Positions 42,201-54,200 of a stretch of DNA of 64,000 bases are shown here, piece by piece; the stretch's first letter is position 1; the number at the start of each line of letters is the position of its first letter. The stretch covers positions 2,790,001 to 2,854,000 of the forward strand of contig OZ249440.1 of the NCBI GenBank assembly GCA_965235115.1, read 5' to 3'. The notes below the pieces were generated by a model that was not told the origin of the DNA, made no database searches, and worked only from the letters and a program-made list of their open reading frames with translations. Made by a program: the position numbers and the translations under genes. The DNA comes from Laetmonice hystrix (lineage: Eukaryota).

Positions 42201-45200
42201 TCTGCCCGACGTGTGTGGGCGGAGCTCCTACCAGGCACACCTGGTCCGGGGCCTGGCACGTTTTATTGGCTGCCAGGCGACTGAGCCTGACGTCACGGCC
42301 CATAACGAGGCTGCGCATGGCGTCCATACACCGCGCCGTGATGGACGAGGCGCGTCACGTCAAATATTGTCCATCTGTGTGTTCCCATCGCGCCACGCAT
42401 GCGCCATGCGTACGCTACGATCCGTCACGCCCCCGTGCGGCCAGGACCAGTATGACTGACGCCAAGTCACAGCATACTTAGGATCACTCATTACGGCAAA
42501 CAGCTTGGAATGCGATCGCTCCTGGAATTCACACACTCAGACGTGGGTAAATCGATCGCACTAATCACACAATGAAAGAGTCTACACACAACAAGCGCCA
42601 TGAAACGAGCTATATTTAGATCAATTAATCCAAAGCGTCCGCCCACTCAGTACCACGAGACGATACCGACAGGACGGACAAGCGTTCCACAAAACGCAGA
42701 CATTAATTTGTTTCCGCCATTAACAGGATATTTCTGACGTGATTTTCCCCCTATTTCATATGTTGTCTCTCGGTGTCAATGACGCCCATTCCGTCTTGGG
42801 TCCCAGAAACTGATCCCAGTTATTATAACGGTTATAGACCCAACGAAGCATACCGGTCATGGTCCAATAACCCTTCCCATACACTACAAGTCAGATCTTC
42901 GGAACGCCCGCCCCCAAGTTCCCCTGCCCCCCACACACCCCCACCGCGCTGCCCTGGACAACAGTTTGCCCCTGCTATATATAGCCCAAGCCTCGAACTG
43001 GCATGACAGCAGATATGATTGATGACGTTTTCCTAATACCTATTGAGGAAACAGTGACGGTGCTAGTCAAACATTTGCACACCCTGAGACTTGTAAAATG
43101 GAGCAAGCCATCAGGGAATCGGCTATTCGGTTACGGTGGAGAACAATTCCAATTCGACGGGAAATGAGGGAGAGGCAGTCTCTTGTATATGGATGGGCCC
43201 ACCACAACGATCCGACTCCAATCGATTTATCGGTTGTTCTAACGTTCCGCGCGTCTCAAGGCTGCCAGCCCAGTGGTGGCCGTTTTGTATTATAAACGAT
43301 ATCATAATTAGACAAATTTAACCGGCGCAATGTTTGGCATGGTATTGCCTTTAGAGCTTAACGAATAATATCAGCTACTTCAGAACGTAGACTCCCCGGT
43401 CGCCAACCGGGACTGTATTCATGAAGCGAGACTTAAGGACATAGGACACGCGAGCCTCACACAATACACGCCAGGTGTCGCTTCTAGTGGAGATCCTGCA
43501 CCGGATGGACGCTGACATTGCGTTTCATTCACAGTATTTGAGGGAAGGTGAAGAAGTACCGTTATTTTACGTAATGTCACAGAAAATGTAAATTTCCACT
43601 AAAGGAGATGGCAGTACAGACCTTAGCTCTATAAGGGTAGACTATTGGAGTCTACGTCTTACATGCATGTCACACAACCTAGCAATGGGTTTACAAATAA
43701 TAGGCGAGAAAATCACATGAAAAAAAAAAACCTTTGGTAAGTGAAGCTTGAAGACAATATCTGTTGGGTGGGGGTTCAAGCTCTGTAGGCCTATACATCT
43801 AATCACACACACAGGTAGGCCTACCAGCCTACGTACCGATAGGCGTATCGTGCACGAGACACTGTTGGGATAGCTTACAAGGCATGGTAGGCCTACAAAC
43901 TCAAAAATTTTTTGATCACAGGTTTATAACATCAAGGACAACTATTCTCGGTGTGGTCACTGTGACCATGCACCACACACGGCACATCGAGAGGTGTTAA
44001 TACTAGGCATGGCAGGTTTGCACCCACTCTCAGCGTCTGGGTTACATGATTTCTTCTGCTGCAACTAAGGGAACGCCTGGTCGGGTTAGTACTTGGGTTG
44101 ATAGCATGGGTAAGGAGACGATACACAGAGGTTGGACGCACGGTGGGGTGCGTATATATGGGGCACAAAGCAGGGTAATCAGGCTAGCCATGGTCCTCGA
44201 TGGAGGGTTACCGCAACACCGCCAGTCGGTGCCATCAGAGTCACCTGGTGGGACTACATGGAACCACCACCACAGTCTGCTGAGACGGGAAAGTTGTCAA
44301 CCACTTCGACCTCCTTCTTTGGAGCTCTCACTATTACGGCTTTACGCCCAGACATTTTCTCATATTTCGGTTTCTATCATCACCAAACCTTAAAACTATG
44401 TCAGAAATCTCGTTTTAAATGTAAAATTACACGATTTTTGAATCAGTTCTCTCAATTCGACAGTTTCTACTGTGGCGGTGGTGAAAGCTACCCCCTGGTG
44501 GCAAACCCCGACATTACGGTTAGTGCGAACCGTCCCTGTTAGAGGGCGCTGCAGGCTGGCAGGCAGGGTACCTGTGTGGTAGTTTCCTGCCGGAACGTTT
44601 GCTCAGTGCCATCTTCAGAGGCAGTCATTTCTACCTCCTCCCGGGTCCGCTGTTCAGTAAGCATGTTGCCATCCCATTCCTTAGTGGCCGTTTCTGTTAC
44701 CTAGCAACGCAGATGCGGGGAAGCAGGGAGAGAGAGAGAAAAGTCCAGACTTACATTACGACTGAGGAATAAGGAAGGATGATTGCAAAGTATACAGTAA
44801 AGTGGTTGCCAACGTCACAACACCAGAAAAAAACACATCTGAGTGAAAATATATCAAGGCTGATACATTTCCTGATTTGTTTTCCTGATTACAAAAGGAT
44901 TTGGTATACTAGAAAATCTATTCCCTTTTATAAAGAAAAGTTTTCTGCCACAGTTTTGGTTGTTTCCTGGAGATTGTTCCGCTGGCAACCATTACAGAAG
45001 TCTCTGACAGCTCTCCCGGGGGAGCATAGAGCATCAACACCAGTGGAAACAAAAGGTAGATCAATAATTTATACATCAATCTGCTGACTCTGGCAGACAG
45101 ATCCCTTCACGTGCGGAGTGTGGAGGATCGCAGTGGACGGTTTCAACCTTCCACCGTTCCTGTTGTTGGATGGGTGAAGCTTTCGTTAATAAATCAGTAC

Positions 45201-48200
45201 TCGGTAACCATGGTAACCGTTGCTGGATGGGCGAAGCTTTCGTTAATAAATCTGTACACGGTAACCATGGTAACCGTTACTGGATGGGTCAAGCGTTCGT
45301 TAATAATCTGTACACGGTAACCATGGTAACCGTTGCTGGATGGGTCAAGCGTTCGTTAATAAATCTGTACACGGTAACCATGGTAACCGTTGCTGGATGG
45401 GTCAAGCGTTCGTTAATAAATCTGTACACGGTAACCATGGTAACCACGGTGACCACCCACGTACCTCCATCACTACAGGTACTCCACCCAAGCGGTTGCA
45501 GCTGGTAATGCCGCCAGGGCCCGGTTTTTAAAAGATTAGGACACCAACAAGTTCTTTCCTGGGTTCTGATTGGTTGGTTATACTTGACCAGCAGCCAATC
45601 GAAAGCCCAGGGCAACTTAAGGTCCTCATCTTTACAAATCGTGCCCTGATGTCTTAGTTAGTGGATACTTATTAATAGGAAGCGTGTATTTTCTGGTTAC
45701 ATGTAGGTTAATTATTTATCCATGTTTTGGAGGTTTTTATTTTATTTTTTATTTTTGGGGTTGAAGTACTCGCAACTGCTTTAAGTTGTCCCTTAAATAT
45801 CCGGTTTGTAGGTTGTGAAGCAAGTGTGTAAGTTAATCACCAGGTGGCGTCTCGGATTATAAATGTCTTAATTAGGTCAAGTCATGCAGTCTCTTATTGC
45901 TGGGATCTGATTGCCTTAATATCGCTCAGTGGGCATTCCAAGCCGGGGTCCAGCGCCGGGCGTACATGAGTGGGGTAAAATGCCAACCTGTTCGCCGGAG
46001 GGACCTGTGACCTCGACCCCCGGCCCTGCCGACCGCGTGTGGGCCCATAATCCGTCGACAGGCGACATTGGCGGCCCCTCAGCCTCGTCCTGGCGGCCCA
46101 ACTGCTGTGGTTGGTCCAAATATAGGTCAAAGTTCGGTCACTCTGTTTTTTCTGGGTCAAATCACACGTGGTGTTTCGCTTACCCGTTACACATGGTGAT
46201 TATACAGAGTATAACTTAATGTTCTTTTCCGTCGTGATGGAATCTATCCATCCGTCGGCCCCAAACACTTGACATCAACACATAGGAAAGGTCAACACTG
46301 AATTACAACGCCATGCAAATACTCAATCGGGGAGAGCAAGCTTAACAACACCAACCACAACCAACATTTCCTGCCTGTCCCACCACAAATACTCCCAACT
46401 TTACCAGCTTTTCATTCTTAACACTTGTCTAATTCTATTCTCCGACGAAATGTCGACCTTAATCTTTTTCCTTTTCCTTTTCCTCAATAGTTATGTTGAT
46501 AATTTACAATGTACTCTTACAGGTAAAAGGCTGCATCTCGTAGGCTACCTATCTGAGCAGTATGTTAATTTTGGACAAATTATAGTTCTATAATTAGTCC
46601 AAGCTTTAGGAGAATTCTTCTGCTATCCGTTCGTATTTACAAACTTTCCGCGTGTTTACAGCTGAATCCTTACATCCAAATTATCTGCATAATATCGCCA
46701 AGGTCATTGAAGGTCACCAAAGGGACAGTAAGGACTTCTCGTGTTCTCTCTACTAAACAAAGGCAAAACGAATCAATGGAAGAAATATGCAATCTCAGAG
46801 AGTAGGAGGCAAGGGTAAACTAGAGGGTGGGAACTTGTAATAGTGGCCCAACTTCTCGCCAGGATAAGATCTGAATGAATCTAAAACAATTTAAACAGAA
46901 AATAACATTCTGTGACGTAAAGGGCATGCAAACTAGCACGATGCCATGACGCTAGAGAAATCTGAATATGACTTTCTGATTCTGGTTTTGGGAAGACTTG
47001 TTCACAGTGGTCTCATGCTGTTCCTTTCAATCTGAAGATTTAGATTTCTTAACATTAATACTCAATCTGTCTGGGATAAACTGGGATGAGATGCTATCAT
47101 GCTATCAGACATCACTGTGGCGAGACCCACGCCCAGGGTGATGGAGTCTGTCAGGGTACTGATCTAAATGTACACATCCACTACAGGAACTTAATGTAGA
47201 GTCTGTATCTACACATAACCCCTTGACCTTACATGACCCCGTAACCTTACATCTAGGTCCCCACCTGTGCCCGTGGAGGTTTGGGTGGGGCATGGCCTTT
47301 TGGCAACGCACCCATGTCAGCTACGTCTTGGGCTGCAAACTGGGGGCAAAAAGGGCAAAAGATTACACATTTCTCCCATTGTTTCAGTCAAAACTTACAA
47401 ATTCCGTCTTCAAAAACTTTTCTCCAATTGGAGTATAGTTTGCACAATATATACAGTCCAAATGTACAAGTTTCTGACGTGACCTATCTGAACATGAACC
47501 ACCAGATATGACACAGATAATGTTGCTAGGCCGTCCAAGCGCCTTACGACTACAAGGCCAACCTGTGTCTGCTGGTGTGGGGACATTGCAGTGCGGTCGT
47601 CGGACCGCCTCCCGTACTGGGTAGCGGCGAACGCACCCGAGCTGGGCGATAATGGGGCGAGGTTCGCCTCACCATACTGGTCATATTGCTGGCAGTAGAC
47701 AAACGAGGCTTTCTCTTAGTGTCATAAACTCTAACAGTAGCACGTCACTCTCACGGCAAGGGAACTGCTTATGTTTGTGGATTTTCTAGGTTTTACTTTT
47801 ATAGCATTAAGATAATGGTTCTTTTATCAAGTAAATACTCGAATTAAATGAAGAAAACGTAATATAGCACATAGACCGCTCGCAGAATTGTGCTACTTAA
47901 CCAAATTCATTTCTTAAACATACCAAATTGAAATTTGTTGTATCCTTAAACACTTCAAACGAGCAAAGATGAAAAAAGCCAAAAGCCATACAAGACTGAA
48001 GATAACAAACAGAGCCGAAGCCAAGCCTGTTCGCATAGTTTCAGATCGCCCACCTGGGAGCCGGGGGGTCGGTTCAAAGATTTGTCGTCAGTCTGACGGC
48101 CAAACTGGCCCCCATCAAACTGGCCAAACATCGGTGACGTCACGCCACGATTCGATTCACCATACTGGTCGTATTGCTACGATATGACATAAACATGCAG

Positions 48201-51200
48201 ACCGTCACCGATCGTATCATTCTCCCGACTTCCTAACCGAGTAACTGCATTGAACTGCCTTCCCCATTGATAATTACAGGGTGTCAAGTACCAATGACCC
48301 TCAAAAAAATAGGAAAATAGGAATGTGCTGTCCAAAAAATAAGAATAAAATAGGAATATCAAACAAAAAATATATGGAAAATAGGAATTTTTTTAAATAG
48401 TCAGTTATCTTTTTTGACTAATTTTTGAGATTTTAAAGCTTAAGTCTTTATAAAAAAAATGTCCAGCGACGAGGTGGTCTTCACTTTGGTACCATTTATT
48501 GAAATTCACGCAATTTTACGGATTATAAAAATCGACTAAAGACATGTTTAGGAATATCTTTGGGATCTGCCTAAAAAATAGGAAGTTTACTCCAAAAATA
48601 GGAAAAGTAGGAATAATGCTGAAAAATAGGAAAAAATAGGACCTTGACACCCTGCAATTAACATCCAAGGTAGGAATATCTTGTTCTACTAAAGTTTTGA
48701 TTCACTTATCTTACAGGAGACATTTCGTAATCCGTCAGAAACTTTTTGGAAGGACTGCATTTACTGTACCGGATCTTTCCTCAGTTTTCTATCAATGTTA
48801 GGCTACCATTTTAAAAGTGGTCCCCACATGTCTGTACTTACAATTTACTTTTCTCTATTTGTCATGTTTTGGTCCAAATGATAAATGTTTTTATCTGATC
48901 TTAATTACTTAGATTTAGAAGCGACTTATTGCTAGATGCCAACCTGTGAACCGGGTGGACGGTTTAAAGATTTGTCGCCGGGCTGACGGCCGTACTGACT
49001 TCCTGCAAACTGCCCATACAGCGGAGATGTCGGCCCACGGCCCGACTCGTCGTACTGGTCGTATTGCTGGTGTTGAAATATCAAAACTTTTTGTCTTTTC
49101 TCCTTTTAGGGTGTGTGTATCACTTTTTATTTTTACTTTTTGTTTAAAGTTATATTTCTAACCAAGTTGGGTTGTGGTTTTCACTGCATCCCCTGTTTTA
49201 TTATATGATATATTATATGATATTATACGACATATTATATGATATTTAGCACAGTCTGTTGGCCGTATAGAGTTTGAGAGAGAACTTAATACTAAGGTGC
49301 CAACCTGTGAACCGTGTGGACGAGTTAGAGATTTGTCGCCGGGTTGTCGGCCATATTGTCTCCCGGCAAACTGACCGTACATTGGCGAGGACGGGTCACG
49401 ACTCGATTCATCGTACTGGTCGTATTGCTGGCAACAAAAGATGTTATGCATTCTACCTAACTCCACAAAAATCAATAAATTAACATGACATTATTTATAA
49501 AAGTATTAAAACATGTGTAAAAACTACTGCGGGTATAAAATTGTATTCTTCAAAATGAAAAACAATAAAAATGCCAGTCTAAACTATCATACGGGATATA
49601 AGATTACATGACCTTGAGCCATTTCAAAACGTCTGTGTTGCTATTCTTAACCCTAGGTCAAACCTGTGACCCTTGTGGCCGGAAGTGGAACCGTGAATCC
49701 CCCTGCCCAGCAAAGTCATTCCTGCCCATTTTCCCCGCCAGGGGTGACGTAAACCCAGCCTGAAGCTCGCCGTATTGGTTGTATTGCTATAGAGATCAAG
49801 ATATTCTCATAACTAACGGCTCCAACTAGGTCAACAAACTAGGTCAAACTCATCCTGTCACTGTCCCAGTTACAGGGTTTTCCCGCACACAAAATTAACA
49901 TACAAAAACAAATCTGAAAACAAAAATGACGTGAAGCAGTAGCAGATATTCAGCTGGCCGTGCTGTTACATCCTCAACCCGTCCTTCCTCAACTCCCTCA
50001 AAGTCTCAACGTTACCAGGCAACGGTCACACTTCTGCCTTCTCTTTCACGTGGGACGTGAAGGTCACCTTAACCTTGGGGTGAGTACCACACTGGATTCA
50101 CGCTAATATTGATCCCTTAGAATGTTTAATCCATGCGTTTCGGTGATTAGAGCCGTCAATGCCTGATCACCCTGGTGGCCAAAGAAGGAACCAGTGGATG
50201 TTGAGAAACGCTGAAGTCAAGCACTTCCTGTGAACGTTGACATTTTGACGGAGGTCAGAGGTCAACCCAATTACCTACACCCATCTACAACCTATTGTCC
50301 AAACCTTACCCTACGTTCTTATCAGATTCACAGCGAATCAATATAGCTACCCATTGAAACAAACCACCACAGCTCTGCACGGATGCTTTCAATTTCCCTT
50401 TCCATTCCAACCTCTGCAATGGGGAAAATTGAAAGATACATTCCAACTACAGTGTAAGTCATGTTGAAACCCATAACTTCTCAAACTGAACATATACCAA
50501 AGATAATTTCTCCGAATTCTTCTGGCCTGGCTGTACAACCGGGTCGAAGTCACCCACAAATGATTTTCTGCTCCTAACTTGACTGACAAAGGTCTAGGCG
50601 ATGTCAATACGAAATCCAAGGTCAAGGCCATAGCCGGCTTACACTGTAGTTACCCTCCTCCACCAGTTTGTTTCAAGGGGATTAAAGGGTTTCCAGTTCG
50701 CATGCCCCAAGACATCAGTGAGCTGAGTGACCGCTACGACCGACCGACCCACACGGCCAGCGGTCAGACCAGGCGTTACCTAAACGACGACTCGGAACCA
50801 CTGCGTGCACGTCGTCCGTGACGTCACGTCACGTGACCCGCCATCGTCACGTGACCAAGAAAACATCTACAGCTCAAGGCAGACACCGACAAGCCAGTTA
50901 CTTCTATCAAAAGCTGAATGATGTTCAACGTCATCCTTATCTGGGTATCATAGATAACAGCCAATACCATGTAATATCAAAACATGGAACTTTGACGGAA
51001 AGGGTAACATAGATGTAAGGATGCTGCACCAATTTCTCAGTGATAGTTTGTCTTTAAACTTTCAAAAAACGGTCATCATTAAGAATATAGTATTCGAAAT
51101 GTTTTCATCCTTACTTTTAGGATCTGAATTGTACCCCCGATAAATATCACTCGTTTTGATTTTACCGTCTGGCAATCACCAAGATGATACTCTCAAGACG

Positions 51201-54200
51201 GCGTCCGTTGAAGCACTTCCCCTGTGTCGGTATCAGTTCTGTACAAGTTGTGACTACTTCAGGCAGACGTAGTAGAGACGTACACACAGTTAGACCGTAA
51301 CACAACCAGGCCGGACACAGACAGACATACAGATGGTGGTAGGGGAGAGGGGGTAAGGCGCGCCATCATCCCAAAGCCAGGAACGCTGGGGGTACGCGTG
51401 CAGGACAAACAAACGCCATGTACAGACAGGCTAACAGACTGTGGGGCAGACAGACAGACAGACAGTGGAGCAGACCTGTTTGCTCATCGGCCCACCCCGC
51501 AGGGCCGGGTAGTGACCGCCCGTAAAGCCGGGTGACGTTGGTGACGTGGGGCCCGCTTCAGTCGCCCCGCTATACTCCTGGTAGGACAGTAACAAAGTGA
51601 CGGTGAGTGACAGTCACATGGTCGACCTCCCGACCATGGCCTGCGACCTCCCGACCATGGCCTGCGACCTCCCGACCATGGTCTGAGACCTCCCGACCAT
51701 GGCCTGCGACCTCCCGACCATGGCCTGCGACCTCCCGACCATGGCCGGCCAGAGGGTTACCAGAGGTAGCGGTGAAGACTTAGGTACTAGTGATGGGGTC
51801 GGCTGTGATAACATTAGTTCTGTCATGGAGTCATTTCTTACCACTACCGTATCAACACAGGATAGTTCTGATGTCATGTTTTGGTTTTGTTTTCGTCATT
51901 GCAGTCTCTGAGAGACCGTGGTATGATTTGACAGGTGTGGATAGGTACTGAGACGCTCAGGTAAATTACCTGTAACCTAAAGTAGTGTGGCTGGGAAGTG
52001 ACTAAAGGCAGTCGCAAGCGTCCAAGAATAGGAGTGGGTTTGCATTGACTGTTATGTGCTCACACGTATTTTACGATGACATTGGGTTGTTTAGTTTGAC
52101 AACTACGTCTTGCCATGCATCATGTGCTGGGGGTTCTCTTAAAAGTGGCGTGGTCTTCTTTGAATTTTTCAGGAGGAATAAGGTGGATTACTGTTCTTAA
52201 GTCATGGCTTAAGTCACGTCGGAACAATGATCACTTAAGTAAAATTGACTGAAATAAAAACATTAATATATGTCCAGGATTGTGATATCGCTCTCAGTGT
52301 CTGGAGAACAGTATCAGGAATAGAATGATAAATAAATACTTGTGATTGCATGTCTGTAACAATTACACAGGTCATGAATAACATCACATCCATCAGGTTT
52401 ATGCGATCAATAAACAAATATGCATGTAGGCCTACTGAACATATTTACCACATCACATTTATACATTAGGTCGTAATGAACAATATCAATAGTAACACAC
52501 AACAATTATATATCAGTTTATAATGATCAGTTAGAGAATACAATGTTGAATCTGTTCAATCAGTAATCAATAATCAGTACTCAGTAATCAGTATGACATA
52601 GAAACGTTTGCTGCAGGCAGAAGTATCCTCATCCACATGCATCTACGAGGGCATAGAAAGCTATCAGTGTTAGAACATGGAGAAGGTCTCAGGTCAGGGC
52701 AAGTTATCACAGTGGGGGAAATAAACGTTAATATCTACCCATCACAAAACTGGTACATACCAAGGTCAAAGGTTATACCGGGTACACCTAAAGTACCGAG
52801 TACTAAAATTGCCATTGTTTCACCTAGTTGAAAAATTTAGGTACCAAATCACATATTTCACGTATGTACTAAACGTGGAGGAAAAGGTATATATAATATG
52901 TCTCAATGTACACCATCAGGGTTAGTAGTATACATGTAGTGTACACTGTCAGGGGAAGTAGTAGTATACATGTAGTGTACACTGTCAGGGGTAGTAGTAT
53001 ACATGTAGTGTACACCATCAGGGTTAGTAGTATACTGTCAGAGGTAGTCGTTCACCTGTAGAAGAAAGGCTCAAGAAGTCTATAGACAAACCATGCCTCC
53101 TATATAACAAGGTACTCTGAGGTAGCGACAGTTTGGCTTACGTATCTGCGAGTTTGATATATACAGACTGGTGACAAAAATTCACAGGTCCTTGTAATTC
53201 ACCGAAAGAACTATTTAGGAAATGACAAATCTATTTCAATATTTCTATTAAGGTCCACCATGACAAAGAAGCCATACTTATCTTAGGTCAAAGGTCACAG
53301 TAAGCTGATGTGAAAAATTCTTTAGAGCAGGCCAGTTTTGCTGTTTCTATTTACGTTTCTTCTTGTATATTTTAGGATTGTTAAATGTCGTTGATTTTGT
53401 ACTTTTGTGTGAGTAACACTTTCATCAAATTATGTTTCACGGAAGGATGTGTTTCCAGAAAACAGTATGTTTCTCCCTCAAATGACCCGAGGAAGGTTGC
53501 CATGGCAACTGTGCGACCTTGATATAACCTTAACATCTTAAAGTTTGTTAGCAGAGAGATGGTAAATGTAAACTTACAGTGCCAAAACAATGGACTAGAA
53601 CAATCCTTGTAAGTGTGCGTTTCTAGTTATGTCTTACGTAATAATTGTTAGGATTATGTACAAGACTAACTACGGTCAAACTTGTTGTTAGTGTCCCCAA
53701 CATCCACGTAGAACTGGCGGGCGGTGACAGACATATAACATAACAATAGACGCTGTTATTTACAAATGGACGCGTGGCCTAACGCCTGTCACCATGGTAA
53801 CCACGAGATCAACGTTAGCGCCACTGATTCCAACCTCTACGTCATCGACCGACCGACCTACGTGCCGGTACGGACACTGGACAATACGACACCAAGCGGC
53901 AAGCCTTAACACTACGGTTCACACCTGCGTTCCTGGTCCGGCGGCCAGTCTGGTCTGGCCACCAGGGGTCGCTCCGTATTGAGGAGCCGCGTACTGGCCA
54001 GCGATGGGCGCCGCTCCCGGGCCGTAACGTTCGTCTGCTCCGCCATATACCTGCCCGGTTAAAATCACCATCAGCCTCACCCAATCTTTTACAGTTCTAG
54101 GGTTCCTTCTCCCGCCATCTCTATACGGGCATCAATACTTTCAACCAATACAGGTCTAACGATATATCTGCAATTAATTCTTGTTGAGAAATACTGAGAA

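Noticed and set aside
44245-44360. Minus-strand MSGRKAVIVRAPKKEVEVVDNFPSQQ... as an alternative first exon
   Set aside because: Its only good donor is phase 2; splicing to exon 38152 creates an immediate stop.
47105-47165. DQYPDRLHHPGRGSRHSDV as a decayed array exon
   Set aside because: Only DQY is shared; wrong phase, in-frame stop and no donor.
53835-53876. 42-nt phase-0 microexon CPYRHVGRSVDDVE with GAG|gttgga donor
   Set aside because: It would need a ~48-nt intron and has no repeat homology; too weak without RNA data.
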